This document shows positions 11,581 to 23,036 of a stretch of DNA of 64,000 nt, piece by piece. The notes below the pieces were generated by a model, which made no database searches, was not told the origin of the DNA, and worked only from the letters and a program-made list of their open reading frames with translations. Source of the stretch: Eledone cirrhosa (lineage: Eukaryota); assembly GCA_964016885.1 (NCBI GenBank), contig OZ024743.1, positions 65,472,001-65,536,000 on the forward strand, in the 5' to 3' direction. Each line of letters begins with the position of its first letter. The first letter of the stretch is position 1. Position numbers and translations under genes: made by a program.

Positions 11581-11704
11581 TCCAGACGGCCGTTTCGTTA
11601 TAAGATTTCTACAATTTGGGATAAATAATTTCCAGGTTATGTAGAAACTTGTCTATAATCCATAATTTTATACACAAGCGGGCTCTTTGAAACTCTTCAG
11701 TGGA
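11581..11704 (-). ncRNA. Type I hammerhead ribozyme with a large branched stem II
   Basis: tcca CTGAAGA [97 nt holding two hairpins] GAAA cggccg TC tgga. Confidence 0.7.
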
Positions 11705-11964
11705 TGCCCAGTCAATAACGATATAAGAATTATATCGACATTAACAGAATGGTGATGGTCTCCCTCAGCGCTAAGAAGAGACTGGTAGATTAGAATCCAG
11801 CAGTTCTATCAAAGAGAAAATACACGCTGTCCCCAAAAGGGTAAAGGGAGGTCATCTTAAAATAAAACAATATACACGCTGGTCAATTAAACCTGTTAGG
11901 TATTAACCACGTGTATAAGAACTCAATTGGAAATTTAAAAGAATAACCACATGCATACACAACT

Positions 11965-13475
11965 AAATTTATTTTCCTGAAATTTAACGTCCAAATCGTC
12001 GACGGTAGATATGAAGGGATCTGCTATCCACATTGGGATGTCCATCCATCGGCAAAAAGGTCAACAAACCGTTCTCTCATGTTGTCTTAAACGCTCAGAG
12101 GTGAGCGGTATACATTTGGAGTTGGTCATCGCTTACAATGTTTTGAACATTGGCGACACTAGGAAAATTATAGAATTCCCGTCAACAAAGATTCCTTTCG
12201 ATGACATTCAATTTGGCCAGGAATGTTTTCACATCATTTCTTGCTTTAAGCAAGGTGATCTTCTTCCCCTGCAAAGCCATAATGACGCTATTGCATTTGT
12301 CGAAGATGTCGGCGAGGAAGGCGCAATCTTCCCTCACATCGAGGGTTTTCTTGTACAGTTCTGTATTGCGTCCTCGAAGAAACTCAAGATAGAGTCGAAC
12401 AGTTCAAAGAAGTGAGTAAGGTACTTGGCCTTTGAAAGCCACCTCACTTCAGTATGAAGGAGCAACTTGACGAATTCTTTGTCATTATCCTGGCACAGTT
12501 GCCGGAAAATTCATTCATTGAGGGAATGGCGTTTGATAAAATTGATGACATCAATGGCCGCATGCAAGCACATGCTCAGCGGCTCGCTGAGTTTCTTCGC
12601 AGCCAAGTGTTCTCGATGAATGACACATTGAATAACAAATACAGATAGATTTTCTCTCTTCAGAAGAGTGACAAAACCCTTATGTTGGCCGACTATTGTT
12701 CTTGCGTCGTCCGTAGCACATGATGCAATGTGTGTTGTATGTGGTCCTAGATGTATGTATTACCTGCCTGTGTGTTGTATGTGATCCTAGATGTGTGTAA
12801 TACCTGCTTATGTGTTTTATGTGGTCATAGATGTGTGTATTACTTGCTTGTGTGTTGTATGTGGTCCTAGATGTGTGTGTTATCTGATTATGTGTTGTAT
12901 GTGGTCCTAGATGTGTGTATTACCTGCTTATATGTTGTATGTGGTCCTAGATGTGTGTAATACCTGCTTATGTGTTGTATGTGGTCCTAGATGTGTGTGC
13001 TACTCGCTTCTTCTTTTTTATTTGTAATATTATTTATACGATAGGGAATAAAATAGATCTACATAGTGTTAACTCGTTACAGTTGAGTCAATAATTTCAT
13101 ACATGAAATACATTGTTATCGGTGAAGAAAGACAAGATTCTAACTGGCTGAGCTCAAAGTGTCCTTGACCCAGTTGACTGTCGGTTTTTCCATTTTTAGG
13201 ATCTCAATTGCCGGTTAATGTCTAGACACGCCTGCATACCTGTGGTCAGACCATAGTTATGCTGTCTGCATGCTCATTCAAATGCATTCACACTGGCTGT
13301 TTCAGAGACATACAAATATGGCTTATAAAACTTACCAAAGTAAAGAGCCTTGCAGCGCCCCCTAGCGCCCCTCCAAAGCTCCAAACGTCCCCCTAACGCC
13401 CCCTTTCTCCAAAATGCTCTTCTTGAGTTCTGAAACGCCCCCGGGGGTGCATATTCCCCCCGTTGAGAACCTTTG
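11965..13475 (-). mobile_element. Buster-type hAT DNA transposon, 3'-truncated non-autonomous copy
   Basis: Reverse complement of about 51543-53140. TIR caaaggttctcaac at 13462-13475. Transposase remnant HTEVRWLS. Confidence 0.9.
12730..13003. repeat. 40-bp minisatellite inside the hAT copy (about 7 units)
   Basis: Unit tgtgttgtatgtggtcctagatgtgtgtattacctgctta. Confidence 0.9.
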
Positions 13476-13602
13476 GTTTCGATGATACAGACACAAACAC
13501 ACACACACACGAATGCAAAAAAATAAACGGAAACAAAAAGGCAAACAACACAGTACAATGAAGAAATATATTAGTTTAACACTTGATATAGTAGGAAAAA
13601 CG

Positions 13603-13638
13603 TCTTTACGTTTTGGACACTTGTCCTTCGTCAGAAAA
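13603..13638 (-). ncRNA. Minimal hammerhead motif, degenerate (GAAA to AAAA)
   Basis: tttt CTGACGA a ggac-aagt-gtcc AAAA cg TA aaga. Confidence 0.5.
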
Positions 13639-13889
13639 AGAATGAGAAATAAAAGATGAAATAGAAAGACAGAGAGTGAAGAAGCACGTTGCATTCAGTA
13701 AGCAATTGATAAACAAAATTAGAAGCTTTCACCGTATATCGAAGCCACCCCTCTTATTCCATTCCCATGGATAACGATCATTTGTTTCCGTTATGAGGGT
13801 TCAATCCCCTAATATTAGATTATTTTCTATAGTCAATATACAGTGTAAGCTTCTAATTATATTTTCAAAATTTTCAATCACCACCGTAT

Positions 13890-13958
<69 letters not shown>

Positions 13959-14003
13959 TATTATCTATCTATTAGGTCAACACTTGATATAGCAGGAAGA
14001 CGG

Positions 14004-14040
14004 TTATAACGTTTCGGACGCTAGTCCTTCATCAGAAGAA
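14004..14040 (-). ncRNA. Minimal hammerhead motif, paralog of 13603-13638
   Basis: tctt CTGATGA a ggac-tagc-gtcc GAAA cg TT ataa. The flanks (aacacttgatatag..., aagaatgagaaataa) are shared with the 13.6 kb copy. Confidence 0.6.
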
Positions 14041-14094
14041 AGAATGAGAAATAAGATAGGTTGAGGGGACGGGCGGGTTGGATATATATATATA

Positions 14095-14290
14095 AAATCA
14101 ACTTTCCCTACTTCCACCCAGGTTTCCCCTGGCTGCAGCTTCTTTTTAATAGGCTTTCTTGGAATTTTCTCACCCAACGATCATCACCCATACGCATCAC
14201 ATGTCCATACCAGCACAGTCTTCTTTCCTGCACACTAAATCTGATACCTCTTATACCCATCTCTTTTCATAGAACAATGTTGGTCTGCAC
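14095..14290 (-). mobile_element. RTE-like LINE 3' fragment
   Basis: Minus strand encodes ..LCWYGHVMRMGDDRWV..GKPG. Confidence 0.6.
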
Positions 14291-14542
14291 CGAAAAAGAA
14301 AAAAACAGCATTTCAGAAATAAAATACGAAAAGGACAGCTATATTAATTCTAGAAACATTTGTTTATGTCTCAGAAGAAGAATATGTCCTGAAAGGCCAT
14401 ATCTCCTCACCTCCTTCTACTACCTTCTACAAACCTATCCAAACTTATTTCATTCAATTATTTATACCAACGCAGACCACTATTAGTATGTGGTATTTTT
14501 GTATTTATAATCTGCTATAGACAGCCTTCTTATATTTTATCA

Positions 14543-14577
14543 TTATCCGACGAAGGGCTCTGGCCGAAACGTAATAT
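14543..14577 (+). ncRNA. Minimal hammerhead-like motif (CCGACGA core variant)
   Basis: tat CCGACGA ag ggc-tctg-gcc GAAA cg TA ata. Confidence 0.5.
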
Positions 14578-14715
14578 ATATCTTCTCCTTACGTCAAAAG
14601 TAACATACCTCATTTAGAACATAGAACATAGACAGACTGATAAGTACGCTCGGAAATGTTGCTTATTTCCATTATTTGGCATCCGATCTGCTTCTTGGTT
14701 TCCAGACACTCATCG

Positions 14716-14825
<110 letters not shown>

Positions 14826-15079
14826 AGTATGTATGTATGTATGTATGATTGTATGTATGTATGTATGTATGTATGTATGTATGTATGTATGTATGTATGT
14901 ATGTATGTATGTATGTATATATATATATAAACAAATGTATATATATATACATGTATATGTATAGATATAACTATCGTAGATGCCAAATGATAACCTTATC
15001 CAACACTTCCCTCTCCTCTTTACAAATCCAGTAGGTAGTTGGAACTAGATTTTCTATTAGATATGGACAACTACTACTT

Positions 15080-15672
15080 ATAATATTGATTTCTAAATTA
15101 GGCCCTAGGCCAGCAATTTTAGGGAGGAAGGGAACGTCGATTATACCGACCCAAGTATTTTACTGGTACTTTATTTTATTGATCCCGGAAAAATTAAAGG
15201 CAAAGTCCCCCAAAAGCGAGATTTTGAACGCAGAATGCAGAAATTCGTAACTTAATACCGTAATGTATTTTGTCTGATGCTCTATCAATTCTGCCAACCT
15301 ACCGTCCCTCACTTGTCATAATAATTGTTTCTACTTTTGGCACAAGGCAAGTAATTATCCCAGTACGTTACTGGTACTTTATTTTATCGACCCCGTAAGG
15401 ATGAAAAGCAAAGTTAACCTCGGCGGGATTTGAACTCAGAACGTAAAGGGACGTAACTATGCTGTAAAGCATGGCGTTTGATCCTCTACAATACTGCCAA
15501 CCCACCGTCCCTCACTTGTCATAATAATGCCAAGGGAAGGGTGGTGGATTAATAACATTGGTAGGTCGTCGGATAAAATTCCTTTGCGGTATTTGTTCTG
15601 GCTCTTTATATTTTGAGTTCAAATCCCGCGGAAGGTAACTGTGATTTTCATCCTTCTGGATCGATAAAATAA
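15080..15672. mobile_element. Three tRNA-derived SINE copies (two -, one +)
   Basis: Same core and B-box as 4862-5045. Confidence 0.8.
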
Positions 15673-16121
15673 TGTATTAATCAAAGTCAGGGATTGCTTT
15701 AATGAATTTTGCCATATTCCCCAAATTTGCTAACATTGTGCATAAATTAGAAATTAATATATCTATCATTGTCCATAAGCTATACTGATGAGGTATAAAG
15801 ATATTGAAACGTAATATAGAATACTTAATTTTAACTAGATTTGAATCTTTACGCCACATATTATATTGACTATTAATGCAAATGGTTGGAGGAAACTAAA
15901 TAATTTTCATAAATCTAGTACAGAAGTTCTCTTAAAAAGAATTGAGGTAAATAGGAAGTTGTGATGTACGTGCCATTTATACGTTCAACTGAAAACCTAA
16001 ACTATATCTTAGAGTTACATCCATTGTCTGTGGCTTGTATGAATGTATGCATGTATGTATGTAAGTATGTTTGTATATGTGTATGTATGTATGTATGTAT
16101 GTATGTATGTATGTATGTATG

Positions 16122-16152
<31 letters not shown>

Positions 16153-16184
16153 GTAAGTATGTAAGTATATATGTATGTATGTAT

Positions 16185-16762
16185 GTCGGGTCACTCTTGA
16201 GTGCTAACTGGTAACATGTAACCCAGTACAACCTGTCGCATGGTCAGGTCGTCGCCGACTAAACTGGCAACCCCACCAAGTTTACTTGGTGAGGAGGGTG
16301 ATTTTGGACACCCTGCAGGACAAAAAACAAAACCTGAGAAAGGGCGGAAGAACTGATAAGAGTCAACGGCCATCCAAAAGTGTGTAAATATGTATATACA
16401 CATGTACATATGTATGTATATGTATGTGTGTATATATACATGGGTGCATATGTATGTATATGCGCGGGGACATAGAAATAGTCGGGCTGGACACCCGATC
16501 GCGCGGTTAAACCACTGGGAGTGAAGGACTCCTAGCGTTTGTCAGGGTATTCTTCTAGGAGAAGGCAACTCAGGAAACTGGGATAACTCCGTTATAAAAC
16601 CTGCGGTTCAGTAGTTACCGATGATGTTGATCTTTTCTTCTTTTCGAGTTATAGCTACTATCGCTCAGAGAGTGGGATTGACTCATGATATAATTAATTA
16701 ATAATTATTAATAATGGTATAACGTGCAATGGCCATACTCGATAACGAGGGGCAGCCATCGC
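16185..16762 (+). mobile_element. Short non-autonomous RTE-derived retroelement, subfamily A, with (TATG)n on both sides
   Basis: Colinear with 51177-54635 once the nested insertions there are removed. The 3' end atggccatactcgataacgagg is shared with 58958-59000. Confidence 0.75.
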
Positions 16763-16796
16763 ATGTATGTATGTATATATGTATGTATATATGTAT

Positions 16797-17405
16797 GTCA
16801 GGTCACCAGTTGGTGCTACTGGTAACATGTATCCCAGTACAACCTGTCTCATGGTCGGGACGTTGGCGACTAAACTGGCAACCCCACCAAGGTTTCTTGG
16901 TGAGGAGGGTGACTTTGGACATCCTGCAGGACTAAAAACAAAACCTGTCAAAGGCAAAGGAGCTCTTAAGAGTCAATGGCCATCCAAAATAACCGGGAGA
17001 GATGGCCCCTTAGCCTTTGTCAAGGCAGAATTCTAGGAGAAGGAAAACTCTGATATAACACCTGCAACCCTGATGGTATCCAATGATGTTGACTTGTTCT
17101 TCTTTTTGGTAAATATCATCTTGGTTAAGAGAGTGGGACTGGCTTTGTGCAGTGCCTTTGCTCACTATAAAGGCTTCACGGCACAGGCATTGCTTTATAT
17201 GTGGAGATCTCTCTGCACTTGTCATCACATGGTACCATGGGCCCAGCACTATGTGTCAATAATTGTCACAAGTGTAGTGTTTGTACAAGAGTTTTCAATA
17301 CGCTGGCTGGACTAAAAAGTCACACTCGTTCAGCGCATCGGTAGGGGTTCTCCTACATGGATATAGAGTAGTGGTCGTACTCGAAAACGAGTTGGCAGCC
17401 ACCAT
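16797..17405 (+). mobile_element. Short non-autonomous RTE-derived retroelement, subfamily B, keeping the terminal C2H2 finger codons
   Basis: Near-identical to 50537-51095. 17267-17344 reads HKCSVCTRVFNTLAGLKSHTRSAHR*. (TATG)n tail. Confidence 0.8.
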
Positions 17406-17584
17406 GTATGTATGTATGTATGTATGTATGTATGTATGTATGTATGTATGTATGTATGTATGTATGTATGTATGTGTGTGTGTATGTATGTGTGTGTGTA
17501 TGTATGTGTGTGTGAATGTATGTATGTATGTATGTATGTATGTATGTATGTATGTATGTATGTATGTATGTATGTATGTATGCA

Positions 17585-18256
17585 TGTTCTTCTGGTTTTA
17601 TAATTTCACAAATTTGTTCCCAATAGAGAGAGAGTCGGTTTCTAACATAGACACAAGACTCTCTCATTGGAATTTACACATCAACTAGGTAGATTATGTA
17701 TGCATGCATGCATGTGTAGATATGGATGTTATTGTATGTGTGGATGTGGATGTTTTGAGTTGTATGTGTGCATGTGTATATGCTTTGTATCTGTACATGT
17801 GTATATGCAGTTATTAGATGCAAAATTATTGGAATGTTTTACATATTTTTACTGTTCCATTAATGGATTGTACTTGTAATTTCCTAACTAGTTGTGTTCT
17901 TTCTGTTCCTATGAAACATAGCTTCTCAAGATTTGTATTGAGGCAGTTACTAACATACCCCAGTGCCCCAATAAACACAGGCTTAAATCTGAAGGTGTAA
18001 TCAGGGTGGAGTATCTGCAGATTTCTCATCAGTTCTGCATAAATATTCTCCTTTTCACTAATCTTTGATATTATATTGGCATCTGCTGAGCAGCTAACTT
18101 CCACTACTATGCATGCTTTCTTCTCCCAATCCCAGATCATAATATCTGGTCTGTTATGACTGAATTTTATTGGGGTTTTTACTGGAACATTCCACCAGTA
18201 CTCTTTCATATTATGTACATGGATGTCTTCCACATTGCTGTAGCTTTTAATGTGTT
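17585..18256 (-). mobile_element. RLE-type (R4/Dong-like) LINE 3' fragment ending in (CATA)n
   Basis: YWWNVPVKT...HNRPDIMIWD...VEVSC...KENIY..L...PVFIGALG (PD-(D/E)xK nuclease). Same family as 54718-56528. Confidence 0.85.
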
Positions 18257-18489
18257 TATGTATGTATGTATGTATGCATGTATGTATGTATGTACCCGTA
18301 ACTCTTGGTAGAGTGGTAGGACCGCTTTGTGATATACAGGGTTTCGTGGGCATTTTAAACCTGGCGGTGCCCATCATCTTTTCTCGTTTAAATACAAACG
18401 ATTTTTTCCAGAGAAGTAGAGGAAGGGTAGGAGAGAGAGAGAGAGAGTGTGAAAGAGAGTGAGAGTGAGTGAGAGAGAGCGAGAGAGAG

Positions 18490-18544
<55 letters not shown>

Positions 18545-18569
18545 GAAGTGTGAAAAAGATATAGTGGAA

Positions 18570-18730
18570 AAATCGACCCCACTATTACTAGACAGGTACT
18601 TTCTCTATCGACCTCAAAAGGATGGAAGGCTAAGTTGACCTCGGCTTGATCTAAACTCTAAGACTACAGAGAGCCGAAATGGATAACAAATGCTTTCTAC
18701 CCGACAGTCTAACGAGTTTGCCAATTGGCC
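18570..18730 (-). mobile_element. Degenerate SINE copy
   Basis: ggtactttctctatcgacctcaaaaggatggaaggctaagttgacctcggc. Confidence 0.65.
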
Positions 18731-19347
18731 GCTATTAATTGATGCGTGTCACTCACAAAACTGAACAAAAAAAAAAAATAATAATGTTGGTCATAGAATT
18801 ATGTTTGGAATTTGAAATGGGAATGGAGAGATCAAATTTTATGGTTTCTATCTATCACCAGATAACAACCAGGTAATTACTTAGAAGCTATCATCTACAT
18901 CGCTGTCGTCACACCATTTTAAAACATCATCAATGTCTTCCGTCACTGGCAATCAAGTATGACTTTCTGACTGATAAAATAACAAGGCAGTCAATCATAT
19001 TGGAGGCCTCCCCACAACCCCGGCGGACAGAATAGAGAAGGCGTTTCCTGAAAGGGCGGCAGCTGAACAATATATACTGATTTCTTTCTTGGGCATTCGG
19101 TCAAAGATTTATAACAGAGGTGAATGACTTTTTCCTGAAAGCTGGCAGTTTATCTCTCTCCAACGGACCCCGACCGTGCTTTCTAATATAATTCAAATAG
19201 AAATATAGCGACAGAAATAGAAGTCGGGTGAGGAATATTTTTGTTAGATGAATATTTGTGGTGGAAATATATTTTTTAAGTGGCGTGTAAATAAAGACAA
19301 AGATTTATAAACTTAACAAAAGGACATAAATAGGAGACGGGTATAAT

Positions 19348-20112
19348 CTTCTTCTTCTTCTTCTTCTTCTTCTTCTTCTTCTTCTTCTTCTTCTTCTTCT
19401 TCTTCTTCTTCTTCTTCTTCTTCTTCTTCTTCTTCTTCTTCTTCTTCTTCACTGCCACTAGTGGTAGTGATGGTAGTGATGGTAGTGGTGGTAGTGGTGG
19501 TAGTGATGGTAGTGATGGTAGTGGTGGTAGTGATGGTAGTGGTGGTAGTGATGGGAGTGTTAGTGATGGTAGTGATGGTAGTGATGGTAGTGGTGGTAGT
19601 GATGGTAGTGATGGTAGTGGTGGTAGTGATGGTAGTGATGGTAGTGGTGGTAGTGGTGGTAGTGGTGGTAGTGATGGCAGTGATGGTAGTGGTGGTAGTG
19701 ATGGTAGTAGTAGTGGTGGTAGAGGTGGTGATGGTAGTGATGGTAGTAGTGGTGGTAGTGATGGTAGTGGTGGTAGTGGTAGTGGTGGTAGTGGTGGTAG
19801 TAATGGTAGTGGTGGTAGTGATGGTAGTGATAGTAGTGGTAGTAGTGATGGTAGAGTTAGTGATGGTAGTGATGGTAGTGGTGGTAGTGATGGTTGTAGT
19901 AGTGGTGGTAGAGGTGGTGATGGTAGTGGTGGTGATGGTAGTGGTGCTGGTGGTAGTAGTGGTGGTGGTAGTGGTGGTAGTGATGACAATGGTGGTAGTG
20001 GTAGTGGTGGTAGTGGTGGTAGTGGTAGTGATGGTAGTCGTGGTAGTTGTGGTAGTGATGGTAGTGGTGGTAGTGGTAGTGATGGTAGTCGTGGTAGTTG
20101 TGGTAGTGATGT
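19348..20112. repeat. (CTT)n tract followed by a compound GTA/GTG/ATG triplet satellite
   Basis: Direct inspection; this tract produces the poly-K/P/V/H ORFs. Confidence 0.95.
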
Positions 20113-20149
20113 AGTGGTGGTATTGATTGTAGTGGTGGTAGTGATGGTG

Positions 20150-20660
20150 GTGGCGATGGTAGGAATTTGGACACTATCTATGATGTCGAGGATCCCAAGA
20201 CTATTGATGAAAGACTTAAGACATTTAGGGACCATGTCTAGCGCGCCAATGACGATTGCCACAACTCCTGTCTCTACATGGAGATCAGTTCTTATAACAC
20301 CTGCATGGTCTACATACTTATTGATTTTTTCCATTGCCTTTTCAGCCACATTGTGGTCTTGAGTAATCGCAATATCAATAAGAGTCCATTTGAAGGGTTG
20401 TTTGGTTTTGAAATGCCAGAGTGGTTGTGCTGGACCTTGTGGTCCCCAAATAACTCTAACCCCTCTCCTGATAGACACGATTCAAGAGGAGTAGGTTCGT
20501 ACCGCTGACATTGTGTTTCTATGTATTTTTGGCACAACTCACAATGGACTCTTTTTGTTATAAGATCATGCCGGATTTCATATCGTCTTTTTGCTAATTG
20601 TTCACATCCCCTAGCAATATGCGCCATAGATTCGTCTGTTTCATGCCATACTCTACAGAG
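20150..20660 (-). mobile_element. RLE-type (R4/Dong-like) LINE fragment
   Basis: ES.AHIARGC..LAKRRY..RHD; LIDIAI..D.NV..K..EKI.KY; IVIGAL. Confidence 0.8.
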
Positions 20661-20674
20661 TGGGAATAATGATA

Positions 20675-20860
20675 ATAATTGTTTCTACTTTTGGCACAAG
20701 GCCAGCAATTACCCAGTACATTACTGGTACTTCATTTTATCGCCCCCGTAAGGATGAAAGGCAAAGTTAACCTCGGCTGGATTTGAACTCAGATCATAAA
20801 GGGACGTTATTCTATGCTTCAAAGCATGGCGTCCGGCCCTCTACCGATACGGCCAATCCA
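20675..20860 (-). mobile_element. SINE copy
   Basis: Same family as 4862-5045. Confidence 0.85.
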
Positions 20861-21164
20861 TAATATAGTAATCTATACATATATATAAAACTGTTGTTGT
20901 CTGTGTGTGTGTGACCCCTCATTTTTGCAAAATCTATACCAATCCAGATTTCTACTCCGATTGACTTCAAACTTCCATTTATATATTCCTTGCAGTCTAA
21001 AGATACTAACTGCAGCTTTTATTTTTCCATTTTCTGTTGTTAAAGGGGTGTTAGGCGACGGTTATCCATCTCCGTCGAGCCCTTATAATATCTGTCTGTA
21101 TGTCTGTCTGTCTGCATAACGACATTCTGGCGAACACGTCATTGCTGACGTATTATCTTCGCTA

Positions 21165-21263
<99 letters not shown>

Positions 21264-21530
21264 TATATACTTATATATACATATATATATACATAAACGT
21301 ATACATATACACACACATATATACATATACATATATATATATATATACATATACAAACACATATACACACATATATATATATACACATATACATATATAT
21401 AAATATACACATAGAAATATATGTATATATATACACACACACATATATATATACATAGATACATACACACACACACATATATATATATATATATGCATAC
21501 ATACACACACACACATATATATATATGCAT

Positions 21531-21568
<38 letters not shown>

Positions 21569-22329
21569 GTATCTGTGTATATATATATATATACACAGAT
21601 ACATTGTAGGTCGCTTTAACCCGTCTTTTATTCAAAAAACTTCTTGCCAATAAACATTAACCCATTGTGCACCATTCATCTAACTGTAGACCAACAAATA
21701 CCAAGTAAACGGAGCGTTGACAAGAACGATGGCGAATGAATCTTCGAGGTAAGCAGTTTCCTCCCGAGCTGTTAGTTCACGCGGGATTCTCTGCTACACC
21801 TTTTCATAATAATACCGAACAACGTACTGCTGGTCACTCCTTCCTCCAAAAGACGTACAAAGCGGACATGTGCATCGGGTGCAAATCTACACCAGGCCTA
21901 CGAGAGAAATTCGCAAGGGACTGCACCGAGAGGGATAGAGAGAAAGAGTAACTTAGTGGAAAGAGTGCGAATGAACTTTTGGGGTAAGTAGCCTACGCCT
22001 TACTGCTATGACACTGGAACCTTCTGCCAACTTAACCTGTGACTTTCTCTTTCACATTTACTCTAATAGGCCAAAACAGAGGAGTATGAAAAGAAGGGGC
22101 TCAACAATATTTCTATGAACAATGCACGTAGCCAGCTAAACTGTACTTTCAACTTCTTAATTTTCTCCAAATAAAACAAGTTTCCTGTCGGTATATTTTC
22201 GTGATTTTTTAACAGGCACTCACAAATAAACGTTTCTCATTGGAGATGCTATTACCAATGTTCTTACCCGTGCAACGCCGGGATACACTGCTAGTAATAA
22301 TGGTTTCTGATTTAGGCACAATTCCACTA

Positions 22330-22990
22330 ATAATAATAATAGAAAGTTGAGACGATAAACTACATTATCAGTGAATGTAAGATGTTTGCTTAGAAAGACT
22401 ACTAGAGAAAGCATGACAACATTGCCAGATTGGTTCATTAGAAGCTTTGTCATAAGTATAACAGGAGCAGAAGTGAGAAATGGTATGAACATCAACCAGA
22501 AAGGGTGGCTGAAAATGAACAGTATAAGATCTTGTGGGACATGACCATCCAGTGTGACCATTTTATCATGGCTAGAAAGCCTGACATAGTTGCCGTAAAA
22601 AAAGAAGAATAACAAGGCATGTATTGTGGATATTGCTTCACCGTGGGACCATAGGGAGAATGAGAACGAAAGTAAGAAAATTGAGAAATACCAGGAGCTG
22701 AAGAGCGAAATCAGGAGAGTGTGGAGAGTCAAACATATAGAAGTGGTACTGATTGTGGTTGGTGCACTGGGAGCAGTTAGTAGAAGGTTGGATGGTTGGC
22801 TTAAGAAGCTAGGAAATACCACCAGGAAAGGATCATTGCAGAAAACTACTTTGCTGGGAACAGCAAGAATTCTAAGAAAGGTGTTAGAAAGTTGAATGAG
22901 AAGGAATGACCGAAAGGACTTTTGGCCATTGTCTATGGCTCCCTCTTTTGGTATTGTGTCGGTATAACAGCTGCCAGAGCAAAAGCGTTA
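22330..22990 (+). mobile_element. RLE-type (R4/Dong-like) LINE 3' fragment ending in (TAA)n
   Basis: ETINYIISEC, RKHDNIA, ILWD..IQCD...RKPDIV, VDIASPWD...KIEKYQEL..EI..VW...IVVGALG...LLGTARILRKVL*. Confidence 0.88.
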
Positions 22991-23036
22991 CGAATAATAA
23001 TAACAATAATAATAATAATGATGATAGTAATGATAA

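Noticed and set aside
16205-16250. Twister ribozyme (UAA followed by a CAUG/CAUG stem)
   Set aside because: The loop-4 and GA-pseudoknot residues do not fit; the HDV-like reading matches better, though it is also incomplete.
16040-18295. Segmental duplication with 50.5-55.4 kb
   Set aside because: Element order and truncation points differ and no flanking unique sequence is shared; independent insertions explain it better.
19276-20478. 400-aa Pro/Lys-rich protein
   Set aside because: Translation of triplet satellites fused to a LINE fragment.
20872-21160. Non-autonomous Helitron 5' end (tctatacatatatataaaa..tgtgtgtg)
   Set aside because: The start is suggestive, but I could not assign a 3' hairpin/CTAG end, so it is not called.
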